Assembly: GCA_951406725.2 (NCBI GenBank)
Contig: OX597819.1
Span: forward strand, 38,068,001-38,132,000
Reading direction: 5' to 3'
Length of the DNA: 64,000 bases
Source: Octopus vulgaris
Lineage: Eukaryota
Shown: piece after piece, positions 53,483-64,000 of the stretch
Numbering within the stretch: the first letter of the stretch is position 1
Layout of the letters: every line of letters starts with the position of its first letter
Translations under genes and position numbers: made by a program
Notes under the pieces: model-generated
What the model was told of the DNA's origin: nothing
Databases searched by the model: none
Seen by the model: the letters and a program-made list of their open reading frames with translations, nothing else

Positions 53483-54210
53483 AGAGAGGGGAGAAAATTT
53501 AGTAGTCGAATAATTTCCCTTGAACATAGGTTCATTAAAAAAAATAAATAAAGTTTCGTACTAGATTTTTAAGTAAACAAGCAAACAAATCCAAAGAATA
53601 AGAGATTTACGAGTGTCGATGTTGCATGTTATTCTGACAGTCAAAGTTATTTAACTAGTTCATGAACGAAAATCGGGATAGCAGATTAGTTAAGAAGTCT
53701 GAGTCGCAATCATAAAGTTCTGGGTTCGATCCCACTAGGAGACATCTGAAGTGAAGGGAACGTCATTTAGTAAAATTTTGTGTTGATCCGAGCCTTGTAC
53801 GATTTGCAGGTGTTGTTGATGATAACCCTGCATTGCTATATGATATTACGTATTTCTTTATTGCCCACAAGGGGCTAAACATAGAGGGGACAAACAAGGA
53901 CAGACATAGGTATTAAGTCGATTACATCGACCCCAGTGCGTAACTGATACTTAATTTATCGACCCCGAAAGGACGAAAGGCAAAGTCGACCTCGGCGGAA
54001 TTTGAACTCAGAACGTAACTGCAGACGAAATACCGCTTAGCATTTCGCCCGGCGTGCTAACGTTTCTGCCAGACGGCTAAGCTATTTAGAGTTAGGCGAG
54101 TATAAACTAGGCTTACTGTTTTGCTCCTACTACTACATCTACAACTACTACTTCTACTACTACTGCTACTGCTACTGCTGCTGCCACTACCACCACCACC
54201 ACCACCACCA

Positions 54211-54250
<40 letters not shown>

Positions 54251-55042
54251 TACTACTACTACTTTATATGTATGTATTTGTTCTGCAAGATTATTGATGT
54301 GAAATCGTGTGTTGAAACAGACATTGTTGTACTTGGGAATGGTCATATTTTGCCAGTTAAGCACACGCACCATACATTTGGTCTTCGCTTCAGCTTTTCT
54401 TGTTATTTTTTATCCTTGTCAGAGTTCTTTCATCACACATCCCGTGACCTCTTCAACGACTCTCTCTATCTTACATGTCTCCTCTTGCTTATTCCATTTT
54501 GTCTTTATATCATCATCATCATCATCATCATCATTTAACGTCCGCTTTCCGTGCTAGCATGGATTGGACGGTTCGAACGTTGTCTGGGAAGCCAGGTGGC
54601 TGCACCAGGTTCCAGTCTGATCTGGCAGTGTTTCTACGGCTAGATGCCCTTCCTAACGCCAACCACTTCGTGAGTGTAGTGGGTGCTTTTTACGTGCCAG
54701 GCAAGGCTGGCAACAGCCACAATCGGATACGTGCCAGGCATGGCTGGCAACAGCCACAATCGGATTGGTGCTTTTTACGTGCCACCAGCATGGAAGCCAG
54801 TCAAGGCATCGCTGGCCATCGGCCACATTCAGATGGTGCTTTTTACGTGCCACCGGCCCAGGGATCACAACTACAGTTTCCATTAAGCTTTGATGTTGGT
54901 GTACTTGACTCAATAGATCTCCTCAAGCACAGGGTCGAAACGGTGTTTCTTTACTTGCCACCTGCACAGGAGTCAGTCCAGCGGCACTGGCAACTGCCAG
55001 GAGCCAGTCATAGGATTGGTTCAATTTCGATTCCGATTTTTG

Positions 55043-55085
<43 letters not shown>

Positions 55086-55086
<1 letters not shown>

Positions 55087-55850
55087 GAGATGGTATCAAG
55101 AAGTTCCCAGACTAGTTCTGTTGCACACCAACAGATGGCAGCACTCAGTTGTGGGCACACTGAGAACTAGCAGTGTGCTGAGTGACATTGAGAAATTTGT
55201 GTTTTTATGACCACGTCTATGCTGTAGCCAGCGATTTTGTCATGGACAGGGACAAAGAGCCAATGTGAAATTTTGCATTAAACTTGCAAACTCTACTACA
55301 GAGACATTGAACATGCTTTAGCAAGGCAATGGGTCGTATGCAATGTTTTGAGTGGCATAGGCACTTCAAAGGTGGAAGAACGTCCCTGGAAAACCTGCCA
55401 CAAGCATTACCCCCAGAAATGTGGTATTGTGCATCGAGAATTTGTCTCCCAGGACTAGACCATAAATCAAGAGTCCTACTGTGACATTTTGAAGCATTTG
55501 AGAGAAAGCATTCTGTAAAAGCATCTGGATCTGTGGAGTGCGAGGAATTGAATTCTTCATTGAGCTCTCTTCACTCATGAGTCTCTTGCCAAAACATGGT
55601 CTCACTTCTGCAATCGCCCTGTTTGCCGGATTTAGCACCTGCAGACTTCAATCTCTTCCCCAAGATGAAAAGGCAGCTCAAAGGTCACTGTTTTAACACC
55701 ATTGTCAAGATCAAGAGCAAATCACAGAAGGTCCTTGACTCACTTATGGAAAACGACTTCCAGGCCGTATTCCAGAAGTGGCAGGAACACTGGGACTGGT
55801 GTATTGCTGCACAAGGTGACTATTTCGAAGGAGATAATGCTAAACTTAGG
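55086..55850 (+). mobile_element. Internally deleted mariner transposon relic
   Basis: TA-flanked left TIR. ORF 55596-55913 has the mariner C-terminal motifs PDLAPADFNLFPKMK and QGDYFEG. Confidence 0.88.
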
Positions 55851-56699
55851 TATCTATGTATATATCTATGTGTATGTTTTTGTGTTTGTTCCCCACCACT
55901 GCTTGGCAATTAGTGTTGGTTTGTTTACATCCCTGTAACTTGGTGTGTCAGTAAAAAGAGACAGATAGAATAAATACTAGGCTTAAAAATAAGTACTGGA
56001 ATCAGTTTGTTTGGCAAAACCCTCAAGGTGGTGCCCCAGCATGGCTACAGTCCAAAGATTGAAACAAGTGAAATGAAGATGAAATGCTTATTAGAATAGG
56101 TGTGTCCTTTACTATTGATTCTCTGCTAAGAATATATGTGATTCTATTGAGTGAATAATTTCAAATATCGATAATATATTAATTTTTCTTGTAATGGGAA
56201 TTTGAAATCAACATGTATCTATGAAGAATTTTGTTTTTACTTTAAAATGTTGATTAAAAGTTTTGAACAGTTTTTCTAAGCCATTCATGGATAAACTGCA
56301 ACTTTCTGAATGGTACACCTAATGAAAAATTACCTTCAATTCTTTTAGCAGTCTGGCCCACCTTATGATAACTCATGCAGCCCACTTCTTAATAATGGTT
56401 GCCCATACCTGTTCTAAACCCTCCTCATATCAAAGGTAATTAATATTTTAGATCTAATGCTTGAAAATGAATCCGATCTTATTACTGGAATTGTCAACTC
56501 ACATCCCTTTGTCAATCCTGATCAATGTCATTTAAGTGGCTTTGTTTGGTCTTTATTATTTTACTCAAACCAATGAAGGTAATTACTTCAAAAATTTTTC
56601 ATAAAATTGATTCTTTGAATTATTTAATTTTTATCTTGATTTGATAGAAGAAATGATTTTAGAAGTTGTCTAATTCAGCTTCCTTTTGGGTAACCTTTT

Positions 56700-56914
56700 T
56701 AACCCTTTAGCATTTAAACCAGCCATACCCATCCAAAATATTCTGCTTGTTTTATGCTTAAACTGGCCAGATCCAGCCTCTTGCATCAACTGTACAATGT
56801 CATTCTAAAAATATACAATCACATCATTGAAATCTTGAAGCTACAAGACAATACATGATTAGTTCAAAATAATGTATTGCATTTGACAGAATAATCTGAA
56901 TGCTAAAGAGTTAA
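56700..56914. mobile_element. piggyBac-like MITE family I
   Basis: TTAA|CCCTTTAGCATT ... AATGCTAAAGAG|TTAA. Confidence 0.78.
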
Positions 56915-57286
56915 AGAATTCTTTATCATGGGATCAAATCACATGTTCCACAGTAAAAAATTTAATTAAGAAAATTTAAATGGTCTGTCTGCTAGTTCTT
57001 AAAAATTACACATCTCCAAATAATTCAAAAGATTTAAAATCTATTCTATGATCATAAATCAGAAGTGAAATGTCAAACAATTTACAACTTCCCAAAGTAG
57101 AGCTAGCAGGTACTTCATCCCAATCACAGGACAATGATGACATCACTGAACCTAATTAAACCTATCTGTTTTGCTACTGATATTGATACAGTAAGTTCAG
57201 AAATTTCTCAGATTACATAGCTAAGAAGGTATTGCTACACAAATCTTCTCAGTGATGTTGATAAATTGTATTTTCTAAAAAAACTG

Positions 57287-58340
57287 GGATCTTTATAATT
57301 TTGTTTGCACCATCCAATTTTGTTCATGTTTTCTACATTGAAGTAGTTAGACAAGCTAATAATGAAAAATCACATTAATTTTTGACTGAAAGTAATAATT
57401 AAAAAGTTACAAATATTAAAGTTTGAAATTTTAGCCAATCAGAAACCTCCATTATTGACATATCAGAAGTCACTCTTGTCAACTATATATATTTCTTTAT
57501 TGCCCACAAGGGGCTAAACATAGAGGGGACAAACAAGGACAGACAAAGGGATTAAGTCGATTACATTGACCCTAGTGCAAAACTGGTACTTAATTTATCG
57601 ACCCCGAAAGGATGAAAGGCAAAGTCGTCCTCGGCAGAATTTGAACTCAGAACATAACGGCAGACGAAATACGGCTACGCATTTCGCCTGGCGTGCTAAC
57701 GCTTCTGCCAGCTCGCCTCTTGTCAACTATATAGCCAGATGTTTGATAGTGTCAGCCATATAGCAATGGTTTGGGTTTAGGGTTAGGATAAAAGTTTAAT
57801 ATTAGGAGTTTAGAATTAGAGTTTAATGTTCAGGTAGGGTTAGGGTTAGATTAGGGTTATGGCGCAGATATGAAAATTGCAATCTCTTGCAAGAACTGTT
57901 TGGGGACATATAAAAATTTCATTGTCATTCACTTGCTTTCTTTCTTTCATTTTGGACCTTTTCATTATATTATTTCCATCCATATTTGAAGGCTAAATAA
58001 CATTTTTATTTTATTTCATTCAATAGTTTTATCTTAAAAACAGTTTCATAAGGTTTTAAACTGTCTTTTATTAAATTATTTATAGAAAAAAAAGAGAGAG
58101 AGAGAGAGAAGTTGTTTGAAGTTTCTTAATGTATTCATTTCCTTATCATCAATACTTTGGAAATTGTGACTGCCTGGGGTTTCTGGTAGATTAAAATTTC
58201 AAACTTCAAAGGTCTGTAACTATTTTTTTTTTATCAATTTCAGACAAAAATGGATGTGATTTTTGTCTCTAGCATGTAAAACTAATTCAAGGTAGAAAAT
58301 TTGAACAAAATCAGACAGTATAAATGAAACATAGAGATCC
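57287..58340. mobile_element. Related GGATCT-ended element with about 170-bp imperfect TIRs, 8-bp TSD, a TTAGGG-like tract and a nested SINE
   Basis: TSD AAAAACTG on both sides. The two ends align as diverged inverted repeats. Confidence 0.8.
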
Positions 58341-60099
58341 AAAAACTGAAACAATTACAATCATGGAAAAGCTGTTTTTGCCATTTAAGAAAAGAGAAAA
58401 AATTTTATATTCATTTTTCATATGTTTCTTGTGATATCAATAACTTCCTTGCAATTCTGCAACCTGATCAATGACAATTCCACTGCAACTGTTGAAAAAT
58501 AGTAAATGCAAACTTTTTATAAACCTCATGGGTTTTCCTTCATTTTCTGTCTAGTTTTTGAAATCCTAGACAAACAGGTCTACATAGTTCCTATTTGACT
58601 TTTTAACAGGAGTCACTTTTAGTCATTCTCAGGTTCAGTTCTCTATTTGTATACCTGTATTTTTCTTTTACTGTGATTCCTAATATTTGATATTTAGCTA
58701 TTTTTTTAAGGTGGTGAGTGGGCAGAAGTATTAGCATGCCAGACAAAATGCTTTGTGATATTTTACCTGCCTTTACATTTTGGATTCAAATGCCACCAAA
58801 GTCAACTTTGCTTTTCATACTTTCGAGGTTGGGTACTGGGAAGGAATGTAATCAACTTGCCTTCTCCCCCAAAATTGCTGGCCTTGTGTCAGAATTTGAA
58901 ACCAATATTTAATTATTTTCCATGTTTCCATTGTCTTCATGGTTGATTTTAAATACATGGCTATGTTGGCCATGATGTTTATAAAATGTATAAGGCATTT
59001 TTAACTGTAGAACTCAATGTAGATAGACCTATTAATAAAGTATATAAGTATTAGGCTAAAAACCCTTTCGATGAAAAAAAGCCAAAGGTTGCCCCAAACA
59101 GTTCTTAATCCAATATTTATATGCTCTTAACAAGATTGTGTAAATATTGGAAATCAGATTAGTTTAATAAAAGTTAAAGATATTAATATTAATCAAATAT
59201 TATATATATTATTTCATTGTTTCAATTTAATGTATTATAGTTTTAATTATTATAAATATGTTTATAGTTTTTTTTTAGTTCTTGCTTATTTTTAATTTAT
59301 TTAATTACTAAATATTTAAATTCAATTTATTGTAATGAATATTTTGAATATTGGTGTCTGTGGTTGTTGTTGTTTGAGCTAGATATATCTCCGGTCATTT
59401 AAAATAAACATCTTTTGTGGGGTTAGTTAATAAATAAAGTTTGTTTACATATTAGAGAAAAAAATCTGATCTTAATTGTTATATACAATTATATTATATA
59501 TATTATATATATCATATAAGCTTTATCTACTTTGAGCTCTATGGTTAAAAACAAATTATTTTACATTCATACAAAGTTTCTAAATTCTTATCATGTAAAT
59601 AAAATGTAAAATATGTTTGAAATAACTACTTATAGTACACACCTTGTGAAATAAGATACATGCTAAGATGATACATTTAACCATATCAATATTATAGGAG
59701 TATGTTTATAATTCCAATTCTGTCACAGTTTTCGGATAATCAGATTTATTTCAGTAGTCTTAATTCACACATAAAATAAATGTTGCTTAACGGAAATCCA
59801 TCAAAAGTACAAGTATGCAAATTATGTTGCCCACCATGGCATTAGTCTAGTCTAATTTATGATTGCTTTATATAATCATTTAGTGGTCTATGGTTTTATT
59901 TGGGAATAAGCATTCAACAATCTTTGAAATGGACTGTCAGGAGACTCCCTATGTTTTTCACATATTAAAAGCATAGAAAGATTGTGTCTATATTCCTATT
60001 TCTCTTGTAGCTAGGATTACTCATAAATAAATGTGTGTATGTGTGTGTGTATGAGAAAGCTGAGTTATCAAAGAAATAGGAATACAGACACACTGTTTC

Positions 60100-60147
<48 letters not shown>

Positions 60148-60583
60148 CTACAGATATAGATTTTGTCAATATTTTCCTTCTATTAATATATTTTAATTAT
60201 ATCTGTTTTGTTCACAGTTTCTTTTTCTTCTATTTGCAAAATTATATTTTATTGATTTGATTTTTATAAAAGAAATATTGATTTCTAACAGGCACAAGGC
60301 CAAAAATTTCTGGAATGGGGTATAATCAATTGTACTGAACCCAGTATTTGACGGGTAACTTTATTATAGGGAGATGGCAGAAGTGTTAAAGGTATCGTAC
60401 AAAATACATTGTGGTATTAAATTACTGCTCCTCTGCTTTCTGAGTTCAAATCCTGCTGTTGTCGATCTTGCCTTTCAGTGGTCAATAAAATAAAATACTA
60501 GTCAAGTACCGGCTCAGTATATATTCATATAATCCTTCCTACTATAGACACAAGGAATTGAAATTTTGGGGAAGGATTGATTA

Positions 60584-62638
60584 TGAGGGTTGGCTGAAAA
60601 GTTCATAGGCCGACCAAGATAATTTCATGGAATGTGACCGAATGAGATTTAATATTCAATATAGTCGCTCATGCAATTCACACACTTCTTCCATTAGTGT
60701 TGCAGTGCTTTGATCCTATTGGTGAAGATGCTTTCATCCTGTTGGTTAAAAAAAGTCATCAACATAGACATAGGAGTGGCTGTGTGGTAAGTAGCTTGCT
60801 TACCAACCACATGGTTCCAGGTTCAGTCCCCTGCATGGCACCTTGGGCAAGTGTCTTCTACTATAGCCTTGGGCTGACCAAAGCTTTGTGAGTGGATTTG
60901 GTAGACAGAAACTGAAAGAAGCCCATCACAAATATATATATGTATATGTTTTTGTGTTTGCTCCCCATTGCTTGACAACTGATGTTAGTGTGTTTACATC
61001 CCCATAACTTAGCAGTTCGGCAAAAGAGACCAATAGAATATGTACTAGGCTTACAAAGAATAAGTCCTGGGTTGGATTTGTTTGACTAAAGGCACTGCTC
61101 CAGCATGGCCACAGTCAGATGACTGAAAGAAGTAAAAGGAAAAGAAAGAAAAGAACAACAAATGTGACATCATCATTACTGTGATACTGATTCCCAGCCT
61201 AATGTTTTTTCACTTTTGGGAACTGATGACAGTCAGATGGGTCTAAATTAGGAGAGCAGGAACGATGATCAACTAGTTCAAAGCCACACAGTCATGCACA
61301 ACAGCCATTGAAACCATGTACCTGTATGCTGGAGCATTGTCCTGACAAAACAAGAACATCTTTCATCAGTTTTCCTGAGCATTTGCTCTTGGTAGCCTTT
61401 CAGAACTGCCTTAGCAAGTTGACATAGTACTCTCCATTGATGGTATGACCCTTTTGAAGATAGTCAATAAACACAACCCATTTTGCATCCCAAAAACTGA
61501 AGCCACCACCTTCCTTGCACATGAAACAACCTTGGCCTTCTTTGAAGCAGGTGAGGAGGGGTGTCTCCACTGCATGAGTTGTCTCTTAGTCTTTGACTCA
61601 AAGTGATGAGCCCAATACTCATCCTGATTTAGGAAACATTCAAGGAAACTAGCTGGAACCGCTTCAAACAATGTCAGATTTCATGATTTGATCTGCCTGG
61701 TGTGCTTTTAATTGTGTCAGAAGACATAGAACCCAGTGAGTAGAAATCTTTGTCATGCTAAGTTCATTATCTCTATATATATATAAACGCAAAATGTCTG
61801 TCTGTGTGTGTGTCCTTTATACAAATCCACAATTTTTCAGTAAGAGGGCTCGCACTTTCTATGGTCATTCAAAACCGTCCAAGGGTGGTCGTGCACATCT
61901 TTATATTTCCCCAGTCACCCTGCAAAGCCATTAAAAAATCAATAGAAGTGACTTTTTTGTGAATTTTCTATCCAAAACCCAATCAAAATGCCCAACACTT
62001 GATATGCCAATTGAATACCAGCTAGATGTATGTGATTGGTTGGAAATTTGGACAGTACTCACGTGTATGTGTGCACGCATGCAGCTGTATTTGCATGCAC
62101 TAGCACTATGACCCGGTGTTGCCGGATCATAATGCTCGTGCAGAATATTTTCTCAACTCTCTAATGGGATATGCTAATAGCATTGGCTGTTTTAATTATT
62201 GTCAATCACCTGTCATCTGTCAGCATGTGTTGAACATGATCAATGTTTTCCTTGATGGTGGTAGCTGCAGGACATCCAGACCTTGGGCCATCTTCAACAC
62301 TCTCCCTTTCTTTCCTAAATTCAGCTGCTCACTTTTGCACTGTTGATAAAACTGAAGCATTATCCCCAAATAGCAACCATGTCAGCATGAATGTCCTTGG
62401 GGGCTAAATCCTTTTTCTGTAGGTTCTTGATCACTCCATGATGCCAAATTTTGTCCAATTTCTAGAGAAGTGGCTATCTGTCCCTTTTGTAATCTTTTTT
62501 GAGCAGTCAGATGTCAGTTTACTGAGAACAAAACTATGCAGTTATTAATTAGAAGGGTTGAAATTAATGCATGCAAAATTTCACATCTCTAGCATCATTC
62601 CTTCATAATCAGCCTATCAACTTTTCAGCTCACCCTTG
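60584..62638 (-). mobile_element. Mariner relic (second family) carrying nested SINE and Helitron-like insertions
   Basis: TA-flanked TIRs TGAGGGTTGGCTGAAAAGTT / AACTTTTCAGCTCACCCTTG. ORF 61411-61671 (QDEYWAHHFESKTKRQLMQWRH) matches the region around the first catalytic Asp. Confidence 0.85.
61770..62138 (+). mobile_element. Non-autonomous Helitron-like element inside a mariner relic
   Basis: A|TC start similar to the 31051 element. 3' hairpin CCGGTGTTGCCGG, then CTCG|T (degenerate CTAG). Confidence 0.68.
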
Positions 62639-62852
62639 TACATTGACTCCTGGGTTCAACTTGTACTTATTTCATTGAACCCCAAAAGAATGAAAGGCAA
62701 ATTCAACATTGGTGGCATTCAAATTCAGAGCATAAAGACAGATGAAATACTGCTTAACATTTTGTGCAGTGTGCAATTGATTCTGCACAACTTGCCACCT
62801 TAATTTATATTCCTGTAATGCATCCTAGACTATTATAGAAATATGAGCAGGA

Positions 62853-63264
62853 TAAAGCGGTGAACTGGCAGAAACGTTAGCACACCAGGCGAAATGCTTA
62901 GCGGTATTTCGTCTGCCGCTACGTTCTGAGTTCAAATTCCGCTGAGGTCGACTTTGCCTTTCATTCTTTCAGGGTCGATTAAGTAAGTACCAGTTACGCA
63001 CTGGAGTCGATATAATCGACTTAATCCTTCTGTCTGTCCTTGTTTGTCTCCTCTGTGTTTAGCCCCTTGTGGGTAGTAAAGAAATAGGTATTTCATCTGC
63101 TGCTACGTTCTGAGTTCAAATTCCGCTGAGGTCCCTTTCATCCTTTCGGAGTTGATTAAATAAGTACCAGTTACGCACTGAGATCAATATAATTGACTTA
63201 ATCCGTTTGTCTGTCCTTGTTTGTCCCCTCTGTGTGTGGCCCCTTGTGGGCAGTAAAGAAATAA
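62853..63264 (+). mobile_element. SINE family A partial tandem dimer
   Basis: A full copy followed by a second 3' portion. Both lie inside one roughly 18-bp TSD, AGAAAYATGAGCARGATA. Confidence 0.85.
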
Positions 63265-64000
63265 GAAACATGAGCAAGATATGCAGGAGAACAACTTCCC
63301 TTTAATTTTCAACTCACAGCTAGGGGGAAATTACAACCACTAACTTCCCCTCCATTCCATCTTAAACCTCATGAAATTTAGCACACCCCTAAGTTGCCCA
63401 AAATCCCATTTCCATCACTGGTCCTTGGTTGTGAATGGAATTATACAAAAGTGAGGAGGATGAGAGGCAAAGTCGACTCTGATGACGTTTGAATTTAAAA
63501 GCCAAAGCAACATGACTAAATACCACGAAGTATTTTGCTGGCTGTTCTACCGGTTTTGTCAATCCACTGTCTTGCCTCTAAGAAATATTAAAATGTAAGT
63601 ACATATATAAAATAAAAGGAAAAGGTGAAATAAACAAATAAGTCTAATAAATATTATTGCGATAGAAATATCTTCCTACACCAAGTCGTTTTTATTTGCG
63701 AGGTCATTCAACTTCAAAGCATTGATGAAAAGTCAATTGTCTCTCTTCTCTCTTTTCCACTAACGCTGCCTGATTTATTTATTATTTAATTTTATGATCA
63801 GTCTCTTTTCCTCTGCTAAGCAGATCTCTCTCTCTCTCTCTCCCTCATTCACTATCTGCTTGATTTTAATTCTCTAATAGACCCATTACATATACGTACA
63901 CATCTCACACTGAGAAATAGACACACATACAAACAGTAACACATAGAGAAACACACACACGCGCATACACAACTATACCGATAAGCAAATTCAGAAACAC

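Noticed and set aside
57768-57860. TTAGGG-like repeats as a chromosome end or fusion scar
   Set aside because: They are short and degenerate, and they lie inside TIR/TSD-bounded elements.

Overview
AT-rich eukaryotic DNA full of repeats. The SINE and LINE families and the (TA)n/(CAT)n/(CA)n tracts look like an octopus (coleoid cephalopod) genome; that is an inference. Most ORFs in the supplied track are microsatellite or repeat artefacts. The one gene I can support is a multi-exon coiled-coil gene on the minus strand. It starts at ATG 53391 and has at least 9, probably 10, short exons down to 9222, and it probably continues past the left edge. Exons 1-8 join with consistent phases at GT-AG introns, and the spliced protein resembles CCDC175 (comparison from memory). 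Its promoter keeps CpGs and carries two RFX X-box-like motifs. The rest is transposable elements: several tRNA-derived SINE families, RTE-LINE 3' ends with variable internal minisatellites, RTE ORF relics, an R4/Dong-like endonuclease fragment at a (TACA)n tract, and Penelope-like inverted structures. DNA-element relics include mariner, a Buster-type hAT, piggyBac-like and pogo-like MITEs, and Helitron-like elements. There are also two related families with GGATCT ends and 8-bp TSDs (Merlin-like) that carry telomere-like (CCCTAA)n modules. I found no CRISPR array, rRNA or intact tRNA gene, and nothing I can defend as a wholly new biological system. The telomere-repeat-carrying elements and the many intronic fold-backs are the most unusual observations.
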